Shown piece by piece: positions 54,601 through 61,723 of a stretch of DNA of 64,000 nucleotides. Origin of the DNA: a virus. Taxonomy: Duplodnaviria > Caudoviricetes. The notes below the pieces were generated by a model. It had not been told where the DNA came from and did no database searches. It saw only the letters and a list, made by a program, of their open reading frames with translations. The stretch is from positions 794-64,793 of IMG/VR virus record IMGVR_UViG_3300021082_000023. One strand, given 5' to 3'. The translations under genes were made by a program, and so were the position numbers. Numbering within the stretch: position 1 is the first letter of the stretch; every line of letters starts with the position of its first letter.

Positions 54601-54919
54601 ACTCGGACAGGGTTTCTGTACTGATGCCGGTCCTGGCGCTCAAATCGTGCATGGCAGCGCCGATCTTGGATGTGGACTCCGCCATCTCGAACAAGGCACC
54701 CACCACGGCAACCCCAGTGGTGGCGATCGCGGCGCCGGTCACGGCGAACACCGCTCCAACCTGAGACCAACTGACCTGCATCCCTTTGGCGGCTTCAGTC
54801 GATTTCGCGCTTAATTTGTCGGATTCATCGGCAGTCTTCTCAATGGATTTTGAGATGTTGTCAAACGTCGAGATGACGCCGTCTTCACTGATCTTTGTGA
54901 CGAATTGTATGGTCGGCAC
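51638..54919 (-). CDS. Tape measure protein
   Basis: 1093 aa, Ala/Gly-rich helical; LSARTGISTETLS, ELFGRGGLALIPML, MLHKGERV-like C-terminus. Confidence 0.92.
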   Translation of the reverse strand: MPTIQFVTKISEDGVISTFDNISKSIEKTADESDKLSAKSTEAAKGMQVSWSQVGAVFAVTGAAIATTGVAVVGALFEMAESTSKIGAAMHDLSARTGISTETLSEFGYAAGQSGASIGDVTTGIRLLATHMEDVTTKGDSANETFKKLGISVTDANGHLRPTSEVLLDVADKFKNMEDGAQKSAIAVELFGRGGLALIPMLNEGRDGIAKLSAEAQRLGIVFGGEASDKADEFDDALFAMNQSVIGLTRAIGEQAYPVFLKMVSGITDVIVATKDWINENPKLATTLLEIAAAMIGGGGVLLAIGGLITVLPKLILAIGTLGTTSVATTAEVGLMGDAIVGTSVKTTAATGILGQFSAGLTLVKTALAGVFTAGNILIGGLVLVAAEVGHLIGLFINWIIEIGGFQKSFDKMVASVLNWNNSVIGTYLTGQDSVIAANKMAADATDKMRASLDKAGISYDVTQLGNSKYVAGLGDQLKATYAGTASHIDFAAAVDKFTKASADSAAMTEKQIAIEKAYRQVLADRYQLQVEAAAKFVAAWLDGFDKAERANDDYIESLQKVQVAHSELAFTGTSAWVTIAQARYQAHLAWEEADQKNLTSTNDLFNKINGLRETDLDKNVEFYESWDKAQKKSADNRIKEENRYSDAFVAAIANLNTRLAESFADMIVHFKFNMDSLINIGQTTASSLLSSFISGFISPFTNSLANLGKSLAETLFGAATGGAGATGTTTGIGGLAGSFGLSGGITGVGSATGTTSLLGLGGSTSLFGGIGLAGASTLGIGAAVAGVVAAIKSQAHWEANTFVKELQEPLINQQNTGVINQLIGDFNARAAAGTLTADEGNSYIGNLKDIVAAFDQAAEKFALGGSDERTVATQGRTTIDSFANVLISDMQKTISGLGQTVQAAAASSGGGTSFGFSGGGVNPILTAGSFGANGTGSNDLWANFNNVVNSFNSKAVSGTLTYYEAMEGMNNLRTLIGDMNDAASEDFGNSLLADMAKITATLNPMSPMPLNGGMDYVPYDNFPALLHKGERVQTAAQARMGGSFSIGTIAVTVNGAASDDPDTFGRKIAAAVSRELKYNGEFRQMIQGRAAV

Positions 54920-54922
54920 GGT

Positions 54923-56133
54923 TCAACCTCTCGTTGCGCGTTCCCATTCCCCGTAGAAAACACTCAGGAATTGATATTCCGATTCGCTGAGTTCGGTGTC
55001 GCGGAGGAGTCCGAGTCGAGATGAGGTGTGCAGTCGAGAGGAGAGTTCAATTTCAGGCCAGTACTGTTCGATTAGTCTTGTATCACTGTCTTTCGCTTTC
55101 TGCTTTTCTTTTCCTTCTGGGTTGTCCGGACAGTCATAACAGGCAGTCGGGCCCATGTGCAGCTTCGAGCACTCCAACTTTTGAGTCGAGAGCCATTCGG
55201 CCGCTTCTGTTTTTTCCTCGTCGGAAGCGTCCGGCTTCGCGACATGTGGATAAATCTCTTTCCATCGCGGCTCCCACTGGCACGTTCCCGAAGAACCCTT
55301 GAAATAGGCAACGACGGCCTTACGGAATTCTTCGAGCTCTACACGTTTTTTCTTTGCGCATCCTGGAACAGCGTCTGGACCGCACTCATTTTCCAGGTGA
55401 ACGGAAGCGAATTCAGGATCGCACTCCGGTCCCCGATCACTCCATCGACTCTTTGAATCATCGCGTCGTAGAGTTTGCCGAATTCCTTATAGCGGGCAAT
55501 GAACTTTCTGGCGCCTCCCGGAATCGTTCTCACTTTGACGATGCGCTGGAATTCGGTGGTCTGCTTGGCGGTCGGAGGCTCAAAATGATGCACAATATCC
55601 AGCTTGTGTTCGACACCTTCATCGTCGGCCAGCAATACAAATTGACGCACGCGCGGCGACTCCTCCAGTAACTCCTCCAGTGTGGGAATTTCCGGATCTT
55701 CCGCGGGGTCGAGCGCTCTGGGATTGCCCACCATGAGCAGCCCCCGAGCAATGGCATTGGCCCGGACATTGTTGAGGCGGTCGAGTTTGTCCAGCTGTTC
55801 GGGTGTGAGCTCCTGCTTGAAATAGGAAACCGCGATTTGATGTTCGTTAAAGAAAGCGCGGTCGATATCGGTAGACCCGCTGTTCAGAAATGGCTCATCG
55901 ATTCCGCCATCCTTATCGCCCGAAGGAACCATGTAGGTGTTGCGATCCTGGAGAAGGCGGATCGTACGCTCGGCCGTCGGTGGTTTCAGATTGCAGTAGA
56001 AATCGAGCTTTTTCCCGTCGCGTTGGATGAAGAGCGCGATACATATGCGTTCTCCGGAAAGGTCGTAAGTGGGAACGGGAGGCTGATTGGGCTCGGGCGA
56101 GTTGACGAATTGAAGGACGTTCTTTTGCTGCAT
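54923..56133 (-). CDS. Tail assembly chaperone GT, made by -1 frameshift
   Basis: A AAA AAC at 55345-55351; the -1 frame stays open to the stop at 54923. Confidence 0.75.
55339..56133 (-). CDS. Tail assembly chaperone G
   Basis: 264 aa ending QRKNV at the slippery site; upstream of the tape measure. Confidence 0.75.
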   Translation of the reverse strand: MQQKNVLQFVNSPEPNQPPVPTYDLSGERICIALFIQRDGKKLDFYCNLKPPTAERTIRLLQDRNTYMVPSGDKDGGIDEPFLNSGSTDIDRAFFNEHQIAVSYFKQELTPEQLDKLDRLNNVRANAIARGLLMVGNPRALDPAEDPEIPTLEELLEESPRVRQFVLLADDEGVEHKLDIVHHFEPPTAKQTTEFQRIVKVRTIPGGARKFIARYKEFGKLYDAMIQRVDGVIGDRSAILNSLPFTWKMSAVQTLFQDAQRKNV

Positions 56134-56189
56134 TGTCTTTATCTCCGTCCGGGCTCAGCTGGGAGATGTCGACAATGCCCGGTTGAATG

Positions 56190-56213
56190 AATTGTTGTTT
56201 ACAAACAACAATT
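56190..56213. promoter_or_regulatory. Perfect AT-rich palindrome (operator-like)
   Basis: AATTGTTGTTT-AC-AAACAACAATT. Confidence 0.5.
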
Positions 56214-56220
56214 ACGTTGA

Positions 56221-56514
56221 TCAGATCGGCCGCTGAGGGCAACCCTCACACGCCCTGGAATTCAATTGCACCAATGTGCACGTCGGCTGCAACGCCGCCA
56301 TCTTAGCAGAATCGCCGAAGGCCTGTAAAATGCGTTCGTAACGATTCCTCTCGGGACATTGAGAATCCGGCAATAATTGGAAATCGAAAGTCTTCAATAT
56401 CAAAATCCGACGCTTGCCTTCGAAGGAAATCTCCGCAGTCTCAACGGGTATGGAATGACCATTGTGCGTGATCTCAATCTCATGTCGGTTTTTGCTGAGG
56501 CGTACGGTAAACAT
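56221..56514 (-). CDS. Hypothetical protein with a C-terminal Cys motif
   Basis: CTLVQLNSRACEGCPQRP. Confidence 0.55.
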   Translation of the reverse strand: MFTVRLSKNRHEIEITHNGHSIPVETAEISFEGKRRILILKTFDFQLLPDSQCPERNRYERILQAFGDSAKMAALQPTCTLVQLNSRACEGCPQRPI

Positions 56515-56523
56515 AAAACAAAA

Positions 56524-57354
56524 CTATTCCAGAATCGGTGCCGGGTCCCAGACTAATTCGTCCATTCTGGATTCCTTAAAATGAAAGTACCGTTGATACC
56601 AATCCACCAAGGCCGCCTCACCGCCGCGCTCGAATGCGGCGTAGTATGCCCGCCAGTGCGCCCCTTCGCTTTCCGGTAGATTCGCCGCTTGATACGCCAG
56701 ACCACCATTGATGGCTTTCCGAACAAAGTGCTCCGCCGATCGGTATGGAAAATGACAGATTTTGAGCATCGTGGAATGCGTCGCTTCGAGTGTCGAGCCG
56801 TCCGTGTCCAATACCGCGTGGGATCCTTGCTGAATCGTGATGCCCGCCGTGCCACGAAAGACGACCTTCGGGAGCGTGTTCAATGGAACATGCCGGTGCA
56901 CAATTCGCTTAAATGGATTGTGGTGCTCGCGGTCCAGGTAGCAAGGGAAATAGTTCACCATCGGCACCGAGAAGCAACGTCTCGTTTCCGGCATGGACCG
57001 CAGATACTTCGCGAAGGGCACTCGATAACTGCAAACCAATACCTCGTCGGCATCAAAAGGAACAATCCAGGGCCACTCCTGATCGGCGTGTCGCAAGGCG
57101 ATCTGGAGCAATGCCGTCATCTTCGCACTCTGATAGTAGGCGGGGTCGGTATCGTCAATGAGAATGATCGGAGTCCTCACCTGACGTCGGACATTGAGGA
57201 TGATGTCGCGGGTTCCATCGGTCGAGAGATTGTCGGCCACCACGATTCCGTCGACGGCGCTCGCGATCAGGTGCCTCAGGGTATATTCGATCACGTCCGC
57301 TTCATCGCGAACCATTCCGACGGCCCAGACTTTTGGGGTTTCGACGAACTTCAC
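56524..57354 (-). CDS. GT2-family glycosyltransferase (Glyco_tranf_2_4 type)
   Basis: MVRDEAD, DNLSTDGT, PFDADE, HFPYRS; GTGA overlap. Confidence 0.88.
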   Translation of the reverse strand: MKFVETPKVWAVGMVRDEADVIEYTLRHLIASAVDGIVVADNLSTDGTRDIILNVRRQVRTPIILIDDTDPAYYQSAKMTALLQIALRHADQEWPWIVPFDADEVLVCSYRVPFAKYLRSMPETRRCFSVPMVNYFPCYLDREHHNPFKRIVHRHVPLNTLPKVVFRGTAGITIQQGSHAVLDTDGSTLEATHSTMLKICHFPYRSAEHFVRKAINGGLAYQAANLPESEGAHWRAYYAAFERGGEAALVDWYQRYFHFKESRMDELVWDPAPILE

Positions 57355-58100
57355 GCGCGTTGCGCTTTCCATCCGGAATCCCGGAGGTCGGTCCATTCTT
57401 TGATCACTGCCCTCATCCCGTCCGAATTCCCCTCCATGTGAAGATATCGCTTGCCGAGCTGAACGTTGATATCGTGCATCGGGTTTTCCTCTTCCGTTGC
57501 GCGTGACCGTGGATGATACAAATGATACACGTTGCCTGCCACGCGGCCGTTCCCACCGCGAAGCGTTTGACAAGTTGCGCGGAAGATCCAGTCGTCCACG
57601 CCCCACCCGTACACGCGCTCATCCATACCGCCGATTTCTTCCCAGAGATCCCGGCGAATCGCCTGGCAATTGGAGAAGGTTGGTCCGTAGCTTCCATAGG
57701 GTGGCTCCAGTTCCGAGTCATCCGGCTTGGCCGGCAATACGTATTTCCCGGACAGCAGGCCGTCCGTGGCCACCTGATCTAGCGCGTAACGCCAGTCATG
57801 GGAATACACCATCTTTCCCGTTTCGTTCGCCGTTCGCAGGCTCTCATAAGCCTGATAGGGGCTTCGGAGAATGATGTCGGAGTCGATGATCAGAGCCAGC
57901 TGCCAGTCTCCGGCATCACGGGCAGCATCGTTTAGCGCCTCACACCTCGAGAACAAACCGATATCATGATGGCCTTCGAAGATTGGAAACTCTGGTGTGT
58001 GGTGCTCCCACCAGTCTTTACAGAATGCCCAGAGCTGATCGCGCCGGCCGTTGTCCTTGCGCCGTGGGACCAGAATGACGGTGTCAGTAGCCTGTGCCAT
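57351..58100 (-). CDS. GT-A glycosyltransferase (galactosyltransferase-like C-terminus)
   Basis: IIDSDII, GGMDERVYGWGVDD, HLYH; GGAG RBS. Confidence 0.85.
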   Translation of the reverse strand: MAQATDTVILVPRRKDNGRRDQLWAFCKDWWEHHTPEFPIFEGHHDIGLFSRCEALNDAARDAGDWQLALIIDSDIILRSPYQAYESLRTANETGKMVYSHDWRYALDQVATDGLLSGKYVLPAKPDDSELEPPYGSYGPTFSNCQAIRRDLWEEIGGMDERVYGWGVDDWIFRATCQTLRGGNGRVAGNVYHLYHPRSRATEEENPMHDINVQLGKRYLHMEGNSDGMRAVIKEWTDLRDSGWKAQRA

Positions 58101-59379
58101 TGCGGATTTCTCCAATGTGATGAACCTTCGGTGGATCCGACTTCTTACCGAGGAAGGCGGTCTTATATCCGGCTGGAAACAGCCGCTCAATCCCGAACTT
58201 CCCTTCACTGTGGGGCGCGTCGGGCCAGCCCAGTTCCGTAATCCGGACGGGATAGAGGGACGGGTTGGTGGTGAAGAACCGCTTGTGTTCAAACCAGTGC
58301 AGGCCGCCCCACTCCATATCGGTGTAGCTGTCTGGGAACTGCTCGACAAAGCCGCCGAAGTTCACTTCGTGGCCCACCGCCTGGCGGCGCAACGCGATCT
58401 GCGCCACGTCCGGATGGGAGTCCAGAATGTTGATGGCGTCCCGCTGATCCCAGCGCTCATTGAACGTGAAGTCATCCTCTAAATGCAGGCAGAACTCCGT
58501 ATTCCTCGGCAGCATCGACCAGCCCTTTTGAATCGCGCCTGCAAATCCCAGACGCGTCGTACTGTGCGCGATCGTGAACTCCGGATAGGTGGCGTCCAAC
58601 CAGGCCGCATATTCCGGATTGCAGGAGTCATCGACCATGATCCGGTGCGTGATGTTGCCGATGATGTTCTTTCCTGCAGAGTCCAGCGTTTGCTGCAGGT
58701 ACTCTTTCCGGCCATCAGTGATGACCAATTGCGTGACAACCCGTTCGCTGGCGCGGAAGATCTCCGGGTGGACGATGTTGAATTCAGCAGGCGTCCTGAA
58801 TGATGGAATCCTGGAGCTGTCCTTATCGCGAATAAACAGAATCCAGTTTTGCCGATACCATGCCGGTATGGAGGAGTCATTCCACAACTCATCGCGAAGT
58901 TGTGTCGACGCGACGAAACCGTGCCGATTGAATGCCTCCACCCAATAACTCTGCCACTGCTCGTTCTTGTGATCCTCGCCGCCCTGGCCGGGAATGGCGG
59001 CAGAGAAAACGACAACGTCCGTCACTTCGCAGATTTCCTTTATTAATGCCTGGCCTGATTCTGCTGATAGGTGCTCCGCCACTTCCAAGCACAGCACCAA
59101 GGAAATGGGCTGCTGGATATTCCAGCCACGGGTTTCAAGATCCAATTGCATATAGCGATTCTTTGAAATCGCCATGCTGTCATCATAGAAGTGGGAATCG
59201 ACACCGATACAGGTTTCAATTCCTGCCGCTTCACCGGCTGAAAGGAACCACCCCTCACCACAGCCAACATCCAACATGCTGATGGGATGAAACAACTCCA
59301 CCAATCGCGGAATCAACTTCGCCGCAGCCGCCTGACACCCCGGCCGAATGTTCGCGTAGAATTTCGCGTCGTAGCTCAA
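58084..59379 (-). CDS. SAM methyltransferase fused to a GT2-like domain
   Basis: LDVGCGEG and EVAEHL; then LHLEDDF and FTTNPSLY. Confidence 0.85.
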   Translation of the reverse strand: MSYDAKFYANIRPGCQAAAAKLIPRLVELFHPISMLDVGCGEGWFLSAGEAAGIETCIGVDSHFYDDSMAISKNRYMQLDLETRGWNIQQPISLVLCLEVAEHLSAESGQALIKEICEVTDVVVFSAAIPGQGGEDHKNEQWQSYWVEAFNRHGFVASTQLRDELWNDSSIPAWYRQNWILFIRDKDSSRIPSFRTPAEFNIVHPEIFRASERVVTQLVITDGRKEYLQQTLDSAGKNIIGNITHRIMVDDSCNPEYAAWLDATYPEFTIAHSTTRLGFAGAIQKGWSMLPRNTEFCLHLEDDFTFNERWDQRDAINILDSHPDVAQIALRRQAVGHEVNFGGFVEQFPDSYTDMEWGGLHWFEHKRFFTTNPSLYPVRITELGWPDAPHSEGKFGIERLFPAGYKTAFLGKKSDPPKVHHIGEIRNGTGY

Positions 59380-59939
59380 GTCGCCCTCCGGACTATTTTG
59401 AATACGATTTCCACACCGTACTGCGTGGCCGGTTTTCCGGTCTCGATCGTTTCGATCTCATATTCGCAGTTAGCGAAGTCAATATGGCCCACGAATTCCT
59501 CGCGGTTGAACGAAAGATCTGGAACATCGGCGTGCTTAAAATCTTCGCGGATGTTTTCCGTTGGTCCAGTTCTTAACGGAATGAACAGGACCAGAAAGAA
59601 TTTGCTTTGGAATGAGGCGAGGGCGTTCTGGAGAACCGCTTTCCAATTCCAGTTATGCTCCAGCACGTGGCGCATAAAAATCGCCGGTGTCTCCGATCGG
59701 TATGTTTCCAAATCCGCGATCACGTCCACGTTGGGACTCTTCGAACCATCAACACCGATGTATTGAATACCCGGTTTTAACAGGGTTTTAAAGAAGCCCG
59801 GGCCGCAGCCCCAATCCTGCACTTCTGTTTGATCCGCCAGCCAGGACGCGCCCATGGTGTAGGTGAACATCGGCCCGTAAGGAAACACGGTTTGATGATA
59901 CGGATCCCACTTGCCGACGTTGGATGTGTGTTCGCTCAT
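59376..59939 (-). CDS. SAM-dependent methyltransferase
   Basis: QDWGCGPG, YIGVDGS, RHVLEHN. Confidence 0.85.
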   Translation of the reverse strand: MSEHTSNVGKWDPYHQTVFPYGPMFTYTMGASWLADQTEVQDWGCGPGFFKTLLKPGIQYIGVDGSKSPNVDVIADLETYRSETPAIFMRHVLEHNWNWKAVLQNALASFQSKFFLVLFIPLRTGPTENIREDFKHADVPDLSFNREEFVGHIDFANCEYEIETIETGKPATQYGVEIVFKIVRRAT

Positions 59940-60178
59940 GCTGGCTGCGTTCCATGGACTTCTTTCTGTTTTGGAACACAGACGACATAGGTCTGCCTGT
60001 CAATTTCGCCATAGTGCATCTTGGGAAGTCCATCTTCGATCGACACCTTGGCATCGACGGGGATGGCGTCGTCGTTGGCGCTGCTCATGACCCAGAGAGT
60101 GGCACCGCACCGGCTGCAGAATTGAACGCCGCCTAAAGGTGTGCCCGCGGAGTGGATCAATATCTTACCGTCTGTCAT
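59936..60178 (-). CDS. Small Zn-binding protein
   Basis: CSRCG; ATGA overlaps. Confidence 0.45.
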   Translation of the reverse strand: MTDGKILIHSAGTPLGGVQFCSRCGATLWVMSSANDDAIPVDAKVSIEDGLPKMHYGEIDRQTYVVCVPKQKEVHGTQPA

Positions 60179-60798
60179 AGAAGCCCTGCCTTTCGTGCAA
60201 GTGGGGTGTAGCGATTCCGAATGCGATCGCAGATCGCGGAATACTGTTTGTGTTCCAACTGATTGCGGCTGCCGGGACGCCAGTGCTGTCGGTAGATGGC
60301 GCCGGCAACGGACGCGATCCGGGCCCGGGCGATCCAGGCTTTGATCCACAACGGCCAATCCTCAGCCGTTTCGTAATCGTCAAATCCGCCAACGTTATAG
60401 AAGAGTTGCCGGCGAATCGCCGCGCCAATGACGATATAGTTCCCTTCCAGGAACGGTCGCGGCGCAATCTCAAAGGATTCCGGGAGTGGCGTTTCATTGG
60501 GGCCTTCACTCAAACAACGAACCATCGGCACGCGGACGTCCGAATCCAACGTGCGCATGGCGTCGATGTAACCGGGTTCCAGTTCGTCGTCGGCATCCAA
60601 AAAGACCAGGCTTTCGGATGTGGCCATGTCCGCGGCTCGATTGCGAAGCCTGGACAGACTGATCCCGGGATCCGGATCATGGACCATGACAATTTCGTTG
60701 TCGCCCTGGGTTAGCGCCGATGGCAATGCTCGCGAGATCGCAAGGTCCCGCCACCAGGGATCGCCGTAACTCACAATGAGAATGGAGAAGTCCTTCAA
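60175..60798 (-). CDS. GT2-family glycosyltransferase
   Basis: RNRAA, FLDADD, GGFDDYETAEDW. Confidence 0.88.
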   Translation of the reverse strand: MKDFSILIVSYGDPWWRDLAISRALPSALTQGDNEIVMVHDPDPGISLSRLRNRAADMATSESLVFLDADDELEPGYIDAMRTLDSDVRVPMVRCLSEGPNETPLPESFEIAPRPFLEGNYIVIGAAIRRQLFYNVGGFDDYETAEDWPLWIKAWIARARIASVAGAIYRQHWRPGSRNQLEHKQYSAICDRIRNRYTPLARKAGLL

Positions 60799-61382
60799 AA
60801 TCGTATCCCGTGCTTCTCTTTGTAGAGGCGCCAGCCCACGTTCAGCCAATATGTCTTGTAGACCATCACTTCAAGGCTGTCGTCTTCGGGAGACTCGTGG
60901 TCGATCGGTAATTCGATCTCCGCGATCTCCCTTCCGGACTGTTCGGTTCTTCGAATGAAGTCCGTTTCCTCGAACCCGAATACGAATTGCTCATCGAATC
61001 CGCCGAGCTGCTCGAACCATTCCCTCCGCACAAAGAAACAGGCTCCGCAGATCCAGCGATTCACGCACCACGCCTCGAGCATCACATCGCTCTTGCCGTA
61101 CCGCATCCCGCAGGCCATCACCTCTGGCATCGCGGCCAAACATTCCTCAATCTGCCTTCCAAAAGTTGCATGAATGTGAACATCGGGATTCAGAAACCCA
61201 ATCACATCAGCCGTGACCTCACGCGCGCCCAGGTTGCACGCCTTCGCGAAGCCCCGGTTGACGGGACGGTTGTCGACCACTATGAATTTGGCAATGTTGG
61301 AATCTTTGGCAAGGATCGCGCCCAGCATCCTGCCGAGCACTTCGGTCTTTTCATCATACACGACGGTGACAACATCGATCAT
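60795..61382 (-). CDS. GT2-family glycosyltransferase
   Basis: NRGFAKACNLG, FLNPD, GGFDEQFVFGFEETD. Confidence 0.88.
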   Translation of the reverse strand: MIDVVTVVYDEKTEVLGRMLGAILAKDSNIAKFIVVDNRPVNRGFAKACNLGAREVTADVIGFLNPDVHIHATFGRQIEECLAAMPEVMACGMRYGKSDVMLEAWCVNRWICGACFFVRREWFEQLGGFDEQFVFGFEETDFIRRTEQSGREIAEIELPIDHESPEDDSLEVMVYKTYWLNVGWRLYKEKHGIRF

Positions 61383-61723
61383 GTGGCTTTCACCACCTTC
61401 CATAAATCCGGCAACGACGTCGACGGATAGGGATGCGTCGCGGAGTCGGTCACAAACCAGCGAGCCCGGTAAGGAGACTTCTCGGCATCGAGATCCCCGG
61501 CCAGACGATTGAACTGCGCCTTGCTCAACAGTTCATCGAGCCAGACGACTTTGCCTGTGGTGTCGACCAGTTCGCCATCGGCACCGCGGAGTTCGAGCGT
61601 GATTGTTTTCCCTGATGCATCGAAGGGTTCCGGATCCGCGAAGGAATCAAAGTCTCGGTTCGTCAGCTGGACAATGATGGGTTCGGCGATGCCTCCGATA
61701 ATGGCATCCAGTGTCGTGCTCAT
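61379..61723 (-). CDS. Virion-associated hypothetical protein (possible BppU N-terminal-like)
   Basis: 114 aa beta-rich; coupled to its neighbours. Confidence 0.5.
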   Translation of the reverse strand: MSTTLDAIIGGIAEPIIVQLTNRDFDSFADPEPFDASGKTITLELRGADGELVDTTGKVVWLDELLSKAQFNRLAGDLDAEKSPYRARWFVTDSATHPYPSTSLPDLWKVVKAT

